NCBI GenBank assembly: GCA_052327205.1
Contig: JBMRGM010000040.1
Coordinates: 41,416,001 to 41,480,000, forward strand
Origin: Somniosus microcephalus
Lineage: Eukaryota
Length of the DNA: 64,000 bases
Direction: 5' to 3'
Of the stretch, positions 24,920-37,078 are shown one piece after another (within the stretch, counting starts at the first letter, position 1; every line of letters starts with the position of its first letter). The notes below the pieces were generated by a model that had not been told where the DNA came from, made no database searches, and saw only the letters and a program-made list of their open reading frames with translations. Both the position numbers and the translations under genes were made by a program.

Positions 24920-26232
24920 TGTTCTCTCATATTTAAGTATTGATGTTGTGTTATTTCTTGAAATTTATATTCGTGACTGATAGTGTTGTTAAACATTTCG
25001 TTTCATAGGTGTTGCCTCTAGTCACTTTTAAGTTTTAAAAGCTTTTTTAACAATTAATTTAACATTACTACTGTTTAAATAGTGCAAATACCTAGTTTAC
25101 AACTTGAATGTATTTATTGCGCTAAGAAACCCAAAACGTCAATTTAAATTGGTTACATTTTTTGATCACCCAATGTATATTTGCAAACATTTACAATGTA
25201 AAAAATACCTGGGACACAAGTTGTATTTAAAGAATAAGAACATCAAAAAAGTACATCCAAGGTATTATATGCTGCAATAAAAGTTCACTGTTTCTCTTTA
25301 TTTGTGTGTGTTCTTTTCTGTGCCTTGCTGGGTGAGGGGGAGGACCAAGGCGACACTATCATCACCTCGTAAACGTCGTCGCTACTCTCAGTTCCGGAGC
25401 AGTTTGGTTTTGGCTGCACTTGGTTCCTGCATATCAAGACTTGGCATCGACCAAGTCATCTATTTCAGCATGGAGTTCCTCTGCTGAGTTAAGGGTCAGT
25501 CCTTCCAGCAGGGCAAAGTTATTCAAAGAGCAACAGACCACCAGAGCCCTTGACAATATCAAAGGAGAGTACCTCAATGTGCCCCCTGACCTGTCCAGGA
25601 AAGGGAAGAGTAATTCCAGCAGCCCGATTGTCATCTCCACCGCTGCTGTGTGGACACGTGTGCTTGGTTGTATCTCTCCTTTCATCAGCCCCGGCTTTAG
25701 CGGGTAGCCCTTGTCACCCAATATCCATGCCAATTCTGCAGGGAAATTGCTGAGGGCGCCATATCATTCCGTGTGATGGAAGATGAACGAATTCCCCAGT
25801 GATCTGCATTCACGTTTATAATCGTGATTTGCGTCAAAGACTCTCATAACATTTAATGAAAGAAACCACTTCCTGTTGATGTATGTCACAGGTGCATCAA
25901 TTGGTGCCTTCAATGCAACATGGGTTCCATCGACGGCCCCAATCACTTTGGGAAGACTGCAATGCTATACAATTCTGGGCCTCTCCTTTTGTTGCCGAGT
26001 GGATAAGTCGAATTCTATGAACTATGAAGCCCTACGGAAAATGGCATCTGTGATCTGGTCAATGAAGGCCCTCACAGCAGCAGTCTGGGTGATGTTTAAA
26101 ATGTCATTGGCGCCTGACTGAATTGGCGTGTATGCAAAGAAGTTCAATGCTGTGGTTACCTTCATGGACACCGACAGGGCAGTGTGGGTCTTCAAGCATG
26201 TTTTAAGGTCTTCCTTTATCATGCCACATAGT

Positions 26233-29200
26233 ACATAAGAACATAAGAACATAAGAAATAGGCGCAGGAGTAGTCCAATCGGCCCCTCGAGCCTGCTCCA
26301 CCATTCAATAAGATCATGGCTGATCTGATCCTAACCTCAAATCTTCTATCACTCTGCATCCACCCGAACCCATGTGATCTCCCGGGAGAGGCGAAAAACC
26401 AGATAAAGACCCAATGGCCAATTTGGGAGAAAAAAATCTGGGAAATTCCTCTCCGACCCATCTAGGCGATCGAAATTCTTCCAGGAGATCACTCTGTCCC
26501 TATATTTTCTACAGTACTTACCTTCTGTAAAGGCGATCTCCACTCCAGCCAGGAACAGGAATAAAACCATCTCCTGAAATCTAACAGAATTAGAACAAAG
26601 TAGGAGCAGAACAAGGCTACACGGCCCCTGGGCCCGCTCCACTACCCACAGGGCCATGACCATTCCGAACCCAGACTCATGTACAATTTCCTGCCCGCTC
26701 CCCGTAACCCTTTATTCCCTTTACTTCTAGGAAACTATCTATTTCTGTTTTAAATTTATTTAATGATGTAGCTTCCACAGCTTTCTGGGGCAGCAAATTC
26801 CACAAACCTACCACCCTCTGAGTGAAGAAGTTTCTCCTCATCTCAGTTTTGAATGAGCAGCCCCTTATTTTAAGATTATGCCCCCTAGTTCTAGTTTCAC
26901 CCATCATTGGGAACATCCTCACCGCATCCACCCGATCAAGCCCCTTCACAATCTTATATGTTTCAATAAGATCGCCTCTCATTCTTCTGAACTCCAATGA
27001 GTAGAGTCCCAATCTACTCAACCTCTCCTCATATGACCACCCCCTCATCCCCGGGATTAACCGAGTGAACCTTCTTTGTACTGACTCGAGAGCAAGTATG
27101 TCTTTTCTTAAGTATGGACACCAAAACTGTATGCAGTATTCCAGGTGCGGCCTCACCAATACCTTGTACAACTGCAGCAATACCTCCCTGTTTTTATATT
27201 CCAACCCCCTAGCAATAAAAGCCAACATTCCATTGGCCTTCTTAATCACTTGTTGCACCTGCATACTAACTTTTTGAGTTTCGTGCACCAGGACCCCCAG
27301 ATCCCTTTGTACTACAGTACTTTCCAATTTCTTGCCATTAAGATAATAACTTGCTCTATGATTTTTCCTGCCAAAGTGCATAACCTCACACTTTCCAGTA
27401 TTGTATTCCATCTGCCACATCTCTGCCCACTTACTTAGCCTGTCTATGTCCCTTTGCAGGTTTTTTATGTCCTCCTCACTCACTACTTTCCCTCCCATCT
27501 TTGTATCATCTGCAAACTTTAATATGTTACACTCGGTCCCCTCCTCCAAATCGTTAATATAGATTGTAAAGAGTTGGGGACCCAGCACTGACCCCTGCGG
27601 AACACCACTAGTTACTGGTTGCCAATCTGAGAACGAACCATTTATCCCAACTCTCTGCTTTCTGTTAGAGAGCCAATCCTCCACCCACGCCAGAATATTA
27701 CCCCCAATCCCGTGATTTTTTATCTTGAGCAATAATCTTTTGTGTGGCACCTTGTCAAATGCCTTTTGGAAGTCTAAATACACTACGTCCACTGGTTCCC
27801 CTTTATCCACCCTGTATGTTACTTCCTCAAAAAACTCAAGCAAATTTGTTAAACATGACTTCCCCTTCATGAAACCATGCTGAGTTTGCCCTATTAAATT
27901 ATGTTTATCCAAATGTCCCGTTACTGTCTCCTTAATAATGGACTCTAACATTTTACCAACCACAGATGTTAGGCTAACAGGTCTATAGTTTCCAGCCTTC
28001 TGCCTACTACCCTTTTTAAATAAGGGTGTTACATTAGCAGTTTTCCAATCTGCCGGGACCTTTGCTGAGTCCAGTGAGTTTTGGAAAATTATTACCAATG
28101 CATCCACAATCCCTACCGCTACTTCCCTCAAGACCCTGGGATGCAAGCCATCAGGTCCAGGGGATTTATCCGCCTTGAGTCCCATTATTTTACCAAGTAC
28201 CACTTCCTTAGTGATTTTAATCGTATTTAGTTCCTCCCCCCCTAGAGCCCCCTGTTTGTCCAGTGTTGGGATATTCTTAGTGTCCTCTACTGTAAAGACT
28301 GATACAAAATAATTGTTCAGTGTTTTTGCCATCTCCATGTTTCCCACCATTAATTTCCCGGTCTCATCCTCTAAGGGACCAACATTTACTTTAGCCACCC
28401 TTTTTCTTTTTATATAACTATAGAAACTTTTACTGTCTGTTTTTATATTTTTTGCTAATTTACTTTCATAATCTATCTTCCCTTTCTTAATCAATCTTTT
28501 TGTTATTTTTTGCTGTCTTTTAAAGACTTCCCAATCTTCCATCCTCCCACTAGATTTGGCTACCTTATATGCCCTTGTTTTTAGTCGGATACTATCCTTA
28601 ATTACTTTACTTAGCCACGGATGGCTATCTTTTCTTTTACACCCTTTTTTCCTCAGTGGAATATATTTTTTTTGGAAGTTGTAAAATAACTCCTTAAATG
28701 TACACCACTGGTCATGTACCGTCTTACCCTTTAATCTATTTTCCCAGTCCACTCTAATTAATTCCGCTCTCATACCTTCATAGTCTCCTTTATTCAAGCT
28801 CAGCACGCTTGTTTGAGATCCAACCTTCTCACCCTCTAATTGAATATGGAACTCAACCATGTTATGGTCACTCATTCCAAGGGGATCCTTTACTAGGACA
28901 TTTTTAATTTATCCTGTCTCATTACACAGGACCAAATCTAAGGTTGCTTGCCCCCTGGTCGGTTCAGTTACATACTGCTCAAGAAACCCATCCCTAATAC
29001 ACTCAATGAACTCTTCCTCAAGGCTGCTCTGCCCAATTTGATTTGTCCAGTTAATATGATAATTAAAATCCCCCATAATTATAGCTGTTCCATTATTACA
29101 AGCCTCAACTATTTCCTGATTAATACTCCGTCCAACAGAGTTGCAACTGTTCGGAGGCCTATAGACTACACCCACTAGTGTTTTTTTCCCCTTATTATTC

Positions 29201-29833
29201 CTTACCTCCACCCAAACTGTTTCACTATCCTGCTCCTTTGACCCAATATCATTTCTCTCTATTATAGTAATTCCTTCCTTTATTAACATCGCCACCCCAC
29301 CTCCTCTCCCTTCCTGCCTGTCCTTCCTGATTGTTAAATAACCTGGTATGTTTAATTCCCAGTCATGGTCACCCTGCAGCCATGTTTCTGTAATGGCCAC
29401 AAGATCATACCCATATGTCATTATTTGTGCCGTTAACTCATTCATTTTGTTACGAATGCTACGTGCATTCAGATAAAGAACTTTCAAATATGTTTTGTAA
29501 CACTTAGTTCCTGTTTTTTCCCTTTTTAGTACTTTACTTTTTACTCCATACCTTCTGTCCCTTCCTGACACATTCTGTTTTTTAATTCCCCCACTGCTAC
29601 CTAAGTCTATGACCTTCTCTGTTGTCATTTCTATTATTTGCTCTCTAGAAACCTCCCCCCCACTAATTAGTTTAAAGCCCTCTCTACAGCCCTAGTTATA
29701 TGATTCGCCAGGACACTAGTCCCAGCACTGGCCAAGTGGAGTCCGTCCCAACAGAACAGCTCCCTCCTGTCCCAGTACTGGTGCCAGTGTCCCAAGAAGC
29801 AAAACCCATTTCTCCCACACCAGTCTTTGAGCC
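26233..29833 (-). mobile_element. Young CR1 LINE, 5'-truncated within ORF1
   Basis: ORF1 C-terminus (WLKDWC...DGLHL), complete ORF2, (TTCTTATG)n tail, and AGT repeated at both junctions. Confidence 0.96.
26677..29628 (-). pseudogene. CR1 ORF2 (APE and RT), single in-frame nonsense codon at 28909-28911
   Basis: The 239-aa and 732-aa ORFs are in the same frame and all EN and RT motifs are present (KFADDTK). Confidence 0.95.
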
Positions 29834-31059
29834 AGTCGGCCGATTGCCCATTTACTGAAGCGCAACCTCCTCACACGCAACTCCCCCAACAACATCTCAA
29901 AAGACAGCCTCTCCTATACACTCTTTGGGGGCGGGAGTAGTTCCTCATATCAGGAGATGACGATGATTCGACAGTCTTCTTTCTTGTTCCCTGGCGTTTT
30001 AGATTCTATGATCCAGAATCACACCGATGATCTGGACAACATGGTCAAGAGGCATGGTTTTCCATCACAGGCTTCCTGTTTAAACAGATGAAGTGCATGT
30101 ATGGGGAAAAAGGAAAGAGTTGTAAAAGTAATTTTAATAAAGTGAGTGGCAAGAAATTCACGTTGGGCTGTGGTGCGAAACGGATTGTATTGGATCAGGG
30201 ACCTGTCACACCCGCCTGATCAATATCATCGCCCCAGATGAATTTCTAAAAACTTTAGCATTTCCACAGTCATACATACAATTTCTAAAGTGCACAGAAA
30301 AGTTAACATATAACTAATTCATATATTATGGTACAATTATTTAAAGCATTAGTAACTGTTAAATAAACCATTTTTAAACAGTCATTTTCAAATTTAAGAA
30401 ATGCAATCGAATTGAATAGAATGCTTACATTGCACAACAGCGAGAGTTGCTCTTGAAATTAACTACACTCCACAAAACAAAATCCCAAGCCATGTTAACA
30501 AATTAAAGTTGTTAAAAACTTCCCTCAGGCTTTCTACAAAGAGCTTTGCTCACTTTCACAATTAAAACTGTTCAATTTTCAAGTCCACTGCTGAAATAAT
30601 TCTTCTTCCTGAAGCTCCTTCCGGTAGAATGCAGGCTGTACGTCTGCGTTTATCAGGCACAGCTGTCCCGGACTTTTTTGGACTGAAGCATTTGAGAAAA
30701 AAAATCGGAATTTTGAACAGTGCTGCTGCCTTTCCTGCGCAGGCGCTTCATCTATCAAGCTAATTCTTGACAGTTCGGAAATGCCGGTTTTCAGCCCATG
30801 TGCTTCGCATGCCTGAAGCTGCCATTTCCGATGTCACTCCGGGTTTGTACACAGTGCATACACACACGTAGGGATCGTAATATACGGCCCATTAAATCAC
30901 TTTCCACACATGCTGCAGCCAAGCTCCCTCTCTCCTGTGTGGATTTGGCGGTTATATGAAGTCTCTAAATGCGCAATATTGTTTCTTACACAATATACAT
31001 TCAAACAGTCTCTCTCCGGATTGAATCCATTCATTATTTATCACATCGCTGTCCTCTTA

Positions 31060-34000
31060 CAATGTACTGTACAATCATCGAATCAAACAGCACAGAAGAA
31101 GACCATTCAACCCATCGTGCCTGTGCCGTCTCTTTCAAAGTCCTAATTAGTGACACTCCCCCGCTCCTTCCCGATAGCCCTGTAATGATTTTCTTTTCAA
31201 ATATCGATTCAATTCCCTTTTGAAAATGACATAGAATTTCATAGAATTTACAGCACAGAAACAGGGCATTCGACACAACAGGTCTTAAAGTGTGTTTATG
31301 CTACATACGAGCCACGACCCACCTTAATGCATCTCACCCTATCAACCTTTCCTTCTATTCCTTTCTCCTGTATTTACTAATCTAGCTTCTCCTTAAGTGT
31401 AGCTATGCTAATAGCCCCAACCACTCCTTCTGGGGGCGAGTTAGTTCTGAATTGCGTGTTGCATTTCTTAGAGACAATGTTCCATTATTTTCCCCTAGTT
31501 TTGAAATCGCCTCCAATTAGAAATAATTGGTCTATGTCTCCCTGATCGATACCCTTCATAATTTATAAATACATCCAAAATATCGCCTCTCAGTCTTCTA
31601 TTTTCTAGAGAAAAGAAGCCCAACCTGTTCATTCTTTCCTGATAATTGTGTCCTCTCAGCTCTGGTATCATACCTGTAAACCTTTATTGCACTTCCTCCA
31701 ATGTTGTAATATCGATCCCAGAATAACAGTACTCTAAGTGGTCTATATAATGCCAATACAAATTCTCAGCTTTCGAATTCAATTAATCTAGAATTTAATT
31801 CGCTGCTATTTATTGCACTTTTTATGGTTCTGTTTACTTGCGTTGCTACTTTTCATGATTTGTGGATTATTATCATTAGTTGTATTTGCGCCTCTACCCT
31901 GCATAAATCCTTATTTTCCAAGGAGTATGTGGCCTACATAACCCTCATAACAAAATTCACAACCTCACAATTATCTATATTGAATTTAATTGGCTATTTA
32001 CACGCCAATTCTACAATAATGTTAATGTGGTCTTGTATATTGTGGCATTCTTCCTCAATATTAACTATAGCCCGCAATTTGGTTTCATCTGCAAACTTTG
32101 ATATTGTACTTCCGTTTCCAGAATCCAAATCTTTTATGCAAATGGTGAAAAACAGTCGTCCCAACACTGATCCTTATGGAACGCCACTTCCCTCCTTCAA
32201 CCATTCTCAGTTGGTAAATTTAAACCCTATTCTCTATTTTGTAGCCGTTTGCGAACCATTCTGCCACTTGTACCCTAACGCCAAGTGCTCTGACGTTACT
32301 CACGAGTCTACTATGTGGTACCTTATCAAAGGCCTTTTGGAAGTCCTTTCAGGGGCGGAGAATGTTGAAAGCTGGGAAACTTAGCACCGGGCACTAAGGC
32401 TTCCCAACTTTTTGCAACATATGGTATTTCCGCTCCATGAAGGAAGTGGAGCGCTAAATGAAGTGGGCTACTCCCTTCCCGGAGCACTAAATGATGTTCG
32501 TGGGGCAGTAATAGTGCAGTGCTGCACAATGACACGTGCAGCGCTGCCGTGGTCCAAGGCTCCATCCCTCCCTTAAAGGGATTGACCATTGAGGCAAGCA
32601 CTGCATTGGGAAGAGTTAGCTGGTCCACAAAGGAAGCCAGGAACCGGCCCTGTCCGACCCGTGCACTCCAGTAGAGTGTCGGGCTGATCGAGCACGGCCC
32701 AGGCGAATATAAACAATTTAAAAAAATGACAGAAATGTTCCTACTTACCACGGCAACCTCCCCTTTAACTTCCGCCCCCGAAGCACCCGGCCTACCGAAC
32801 AGTGCCTCCTGCAGCTGTCGGTGATTTCGCTCGGCGATGCTGCGGGAGGCGGAACTGAATTTTGGGTCGGTGCGCTAATGGGGCGACGTGCACGGCAATG
32901 ACGTCTCAATCAACTATTTGAACTGAGCGAAGTACATATTTAATATTTCTGCCATTTCACTGATATTTCTGGCACAGGCATGATGGGCCAAATGGCCTCC
33001 TACTGCGCTGCAAATTTCTGTGTTTACCTGTGAATTTATATTATGCTTCCCTTACCAGCCATTTCACCATCTTAATTTTGATTTGTTATGTATGTGTTTG
33101 TTTCGTAATTCCTCTTTCCCTTCCTGATTGATTGATAAATATTTCCTAACATTCTCCTATCCCTTTTGTCATCCTCTCATTCTTGTATATGTACTCTTTT
33201 ATGACTTTTTCTTTCATTTCAGTTTTACGATTTCCTCTTTATTCATCCATGCTGATTCATTAATGGCCCAGAAATTCGGGTCTGGTGCTTCACGCGTGTG
33301 CAAGCACTCGATCTGCACTTACCTAGCGCACTGGCTATTGAGCTGTGAGCCCGCATGGGATTCCAATCCTGGGCCAGCTCCAGCTGTCGGCGCACAGTGC
33401 TTACATATCCCAGGGGCGCAGTTAGATCAATGCATCCCTTGGGATCACGTGGGCCATGGGCAGCCAATCGGAGCAGGGAATGCTCCATTCATAAGTCTGA
33501 CAGGAAGTGCTGTCAAACTTAGAAATACTACCGGCCCCTAAATATCACTAAATCTTGCAATAAATTTTTTTTTAAATCACATTTTTAAAATAATCTATAA
33601 ATTACATGAAATAACTTTTTTAACAATTATTTTCATTTTTGAAAAAATAATTTTAATTTCTAACCGGACTAAAAATAAACTGACCTTTTTTTAAAGTATT
33701 TAAAAATAATAAACCTGTGAATAAAATGTTTTAAGTTTAATTAATTCACCACTTACCTTGTAAAAAGCATGCCTTATGCCTGCTTTTTACATGTCTAACT
33801 TCTGGAGACTTACCCTCCCGAGAATACTTGCAAAACTAACCAAAGTTTGCTTATGCGCTGCCTCTCCCACGCATGCATTTGACCTCTGAACCACTGCTTA
33901 CAGGGGAATGGGAGTGCCGGTTTCCCGCACATGTGCAGTGCATGCAGGAAACCGGCACTTCCATTGGGCCTACGGGTGAGTACCCCATGCGTACTCACCT

Positions 34001-34475
34001 GTGGAGAACAGAATTTCTGGGCCATTATTGAACGGTTTATGACTATTTTATTGGAATAAATTTCCCCAAAATTTTCCTCAGCTCATTTTAAATATTTGCA
34101 ACAGCTCATTGTCAGTATTTTTTTTGCAGATTACGTGTCCTATTACCATTTTCATTCCCGCATAAGAAGCATTTTCCCAATCTATTACATTGGTCTTTGC
34201 CTTACAAAAGTCTTTCTCACACAATATCTTAAACCTTATAAAAATGTGATCGCCATTGCCCTTATGCTCCCTACAATTTCTTCTGTTGCCTGCTGTGGCC
34301 CATTACTAATTGCTACATCCAGCAGTCACTCATTTCTTGTTGGGATTCGTACCTACTCGTTAAGAAAGAAGTTCTGTACAAACAATAAAAATGGCCTTCC
34401 GTTTTCCACTTTACCTTAATCGTCCTCCAGTTTAGGTTGTATTAGTTGAAATGTCAGATGATTATATTCTATATA
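31060..34475 (-). mobile_element. Decayed CR1 and SINE tails (segment X, copy 2) with MITE insertions
   Basis: Direct paralog of 5120-6830 plus 11226-11442. A GC-rich MITE-like insert lies at about 32350-32920. Confidence 0.7.
33265..34023 (+). mobile_element. Harbinger-type MITE
   Basis: TIRs GGCCCAGAAATTC and GAATTTCTGGGCC. Same family as 56169-56932, in opposite orientation. Confidence 0.88.
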
Positions 34476-34829
34476 GGGCTAGATTTTCAGTATAGCCAGT
34501 TTTGGGGCGCTAACCTTAGCGCCCGCCCGAAGTTAGCGCCCGCCCCAAAGTAGCGCCCCGTTGCCGGGAATTCAGTGGCTTCACCCTAAGAGGTTGGTGG
34601 AGCGCTAAAAGAGGCATTCCACTACTATCTTTAGGCGCTAAGCCGGCGGTTCAGAGGGATAGCACCTAGGCGGGGCGCAGCGCGGGTGCGGTCATTTTTG
34701 GACTGACAGCAGACCCCGTGGCGCCGACCAGCTCTTAAAGGGGGAAGGGACGAATTGGTCTGCTGCCACGCTCTGCACTCTGCAGCTTTGCAAAGAGGCC
34801 TCAACACTGCTGCTCAGCCCCAGGGAGTC

Positions 34830-36716
34830 ATGGCAACGCCAGAGAAGGCCCGTCAGCCTGCCCTGCGCTTCTCAGAGGGTGATCTGGACATAATGGTCAC
34901 AGCTCTGGAGGTGAGGCGCAAGATCTTGTTCCCAGAGAGTGGGAGGAATCCAACCCACCACGACTACACCAAAGCCTGGAAGCAGATCGCCCAGAGGGTG
35001 ACGTTCACCGGCGATGCCCGCAGGACCCACAAACAATGTCGTAAAAAATACAGCGACCTGACCAGGATTGTCAAGGTGAGTAGCCTTTCCAGTCTCCTCC
35101 TCATTCTTGCATGTACACCTGACATGATGGGCAAAGGGAGCTGAAAGTCCTATTGGCCAGCCCTCAGCCAGCAGCATTGGGACAGTCATGAGCATCAAAT
35201 GGCCATTCGGCACTCTACACTTTGGCCAAGCTATTCCACCATGGGAGGCTGTGAACACTACATCAGGGCTTCACTCTGGCCAAGCTATTCCACCATGGGA
35301 GGCAGTGCACACTACATCAGGGCTACACTGCGCACTTACAACCCGTCCTTTCTCTTGCAGGCTAAAGTAGCCTTTAATCGCCAGGCCCGTGCTAGGGGTG
35401 GCCGCGCCAAGCTGCAGAAGCTCACTCGGCTGGAGGAGCGCGTGTGTGTGCTCATGGGAGCCCGTGTGATCGTCCCCACAGCGTGCGGAGTATCCGACAC
35501 TCCACTGCCCAGCAATGGTAAGGACCTCGCCTTTTGGCCCTCTCGCGTCGCACTGGCCCATCCGAGCTACCTCCTTTGCCACTGTCCCACAAATGCGCTG
35601 AATGCCACCAGTCCTAACTCCCTCGCTGACGCCGTCTCCTCACTCTGAAGCTACTCTTGTGCATTCCTGCTTTCAGCTGGTGACGACCAGGACCCTGAAG
35701 CTGCCAGTGACAGCACCTCCGAGCAGGAGGAGGAGGAGGAGCAAGCCGGACCATCGGGGGAACAGTCACGTCCCGCAGGAGAGGAGGAAATGCTTGACAC
35801 CTCCTCACTGGACGAGTGCCTGGAGGAACTGTCGCAGGGCAATGTAGCTTCTGGGACCAGTGGCATCCAGCCACCTAGGAGCCGTGCGCGTGGCCCGCGG
35901 CCTTCCCCCCAAAGGGGGGAAGGATCAGAGGGGAGTGCTGCTGATCGGCACACTCTCCGCCACCAACGTGGCAAGGGTCCCTTAGTTCGGCCCCCTCCTC
36001 CCCAGCGGGAGAGTCGCGACTCCAGTCCGGACACCTTCACCTCGGAGGAGGTGCGGAAGCTGGATAAGATGGCCGAGGATTCGGACCGGCGCCACACGGA
36101 GCTCATGAGCGTGGTGGGGCGCATGCCTGAGGCCATCGAGTCGCTGGCGACCAGTGTGCGCGAGTTCGGGGCAGCAACTGCCGTGAGTGGCCGCATGCTG
36201 ACTGATGCCGTCAAGACCCTGGCGGATGTGATGCGCGCGCACACCAGGACAACAGAGGCACTCACTGCTGCCACATGCGCTGTCTCAGGCAGGCATCGCC
36301 AGGGCAGCCGCCGCGCTGGACCATCCCAGCAAGCCGCCCCTCGGCTGATTGTTGCGGATCCTGCAGTGTGGGCCCGGCCGAGTGCCACCATGCCACAGCA
36401 CCAGCCAGCGCATCCCAGACGCCAGCCGGCCCACATTGCACCATCCGTCGCCGCCATTCCCCCACTGGGGCATCAAGGGCAAGCGGCTGCAGCTGATGGT
36501 GGCCAGGCTCATGTGCGCCACTCAGCAGACGGCCCCTCGAGGCCCAAACGCCGTGTAGGCCGCCCCCCAGTGGCATCTGGCGGAAGGGCATCTGAGCCTC
36601 AGGCACCTTCCCCCAGCCTCGCAGCAGCCACTGAGCAGAGCTTGCGAAGGAGCAGCAGGCCGGGCAGGGGAGGCAAAAGGCTGGGCAAGGTCTCGCCCTC
36701 GCAGGCCACTCAGTAG
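34830..36716 (+). CDS. Harbinger Myb/SANT-like DNA-binding protein; exons 34830-35075, 35361-35517, 35677-36716 (480 aa predicted)
   Basis: RFSEGDLDIMV...WKQIAQRV...RTHKQCRKKYSDL. Junctions AAG|GTGAGT, TTGCAG|GCT, ATG|GTAAGG and TTTCAG|CT keep the frame (phases 0 and 1) with no stops. Confidence 0.88.
35217..35328 (+). repeat. 54-bp tandem duplication in intron 1 of the Myb gene
   Basis: Two copies of ...TGGCCAAGCTATTCCACCATGGGAGGC.GTG.ACACTACATCAGGGCT. Confidence 0.9.
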
Positions 36717-36943
36717 AGGGTGTGGCCAGCTTTCCTTTTATATGGCGGTGGCCATCTTTATTTTGCCCATGGTTGTGTTGTTGGAGGGCTTATTTTTTGC
36801 ATTAGGCCGACGTTGAGGCCCGGTTTGAAGAAATGTGTAGTGACTCCTCCCCAGTTTGCGGGAGTGAGTCGTTTGTTGGGCTTTTTGTGGGGCCCGTTTT
36901 TGTTTTTGGGGATTCATGTGGGAAGGGCTTTTCATTTTTGTGT

Positions 36944-36963
36944 AATAAATAATTATCTTTATT
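36944..36963. terminator. Back-to-back polyadenylation signals for the convergent Harbinger genes
   Basis: AATAAA on + at 36944-36949 and AATAAA on - at 36958-36963, between the two stop codons. Confidence 0.6.
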
Positions 36964-37078
36964 CATGCAGTCTCCATGGTTGTTCTTCTTAGTGTTTGTT
37001 GGCTTCGCCGGCTGAGGGCTTGCGGAGCGGCTGCATTCATCTTCCCTCATGGCCCCTGGCCATTCCCTGACAGGGGGC

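Larger units (their letters stand above)
25330..29990 (-). pseudogene. Harbinger (HARBI1-like) transposase remnant interrupted by a CR1
   Basis: CVRRLRFSKWAIGR|LCGMIKEDL reads in frame across the CR1 insertion. Motifs KVTTALNFFA, GAVDGTHV, LGDKGYP and VEMTIGLL; multiple indels. Confidence 0.88.
16750..30890. mobile_element. Decayed autonomous-type Harbinger (copy B), about 4.6 kb after removing three nested insertions
   Basis: Myb/SANT remnant on + (22870-24919) converges on a transposase remnant on - (29990-25330). The right terminus reads GGGCCGTATATT on the minus strand; the left terminus is approximate. Confidence 0.8.

Noticed and set aside
35651-36606. Antisense ORFs (268 aa and others), and 37388-38068 on +
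   Set aside because: Shadow frames of GC-rich transposon genes with no recognisable motifs.
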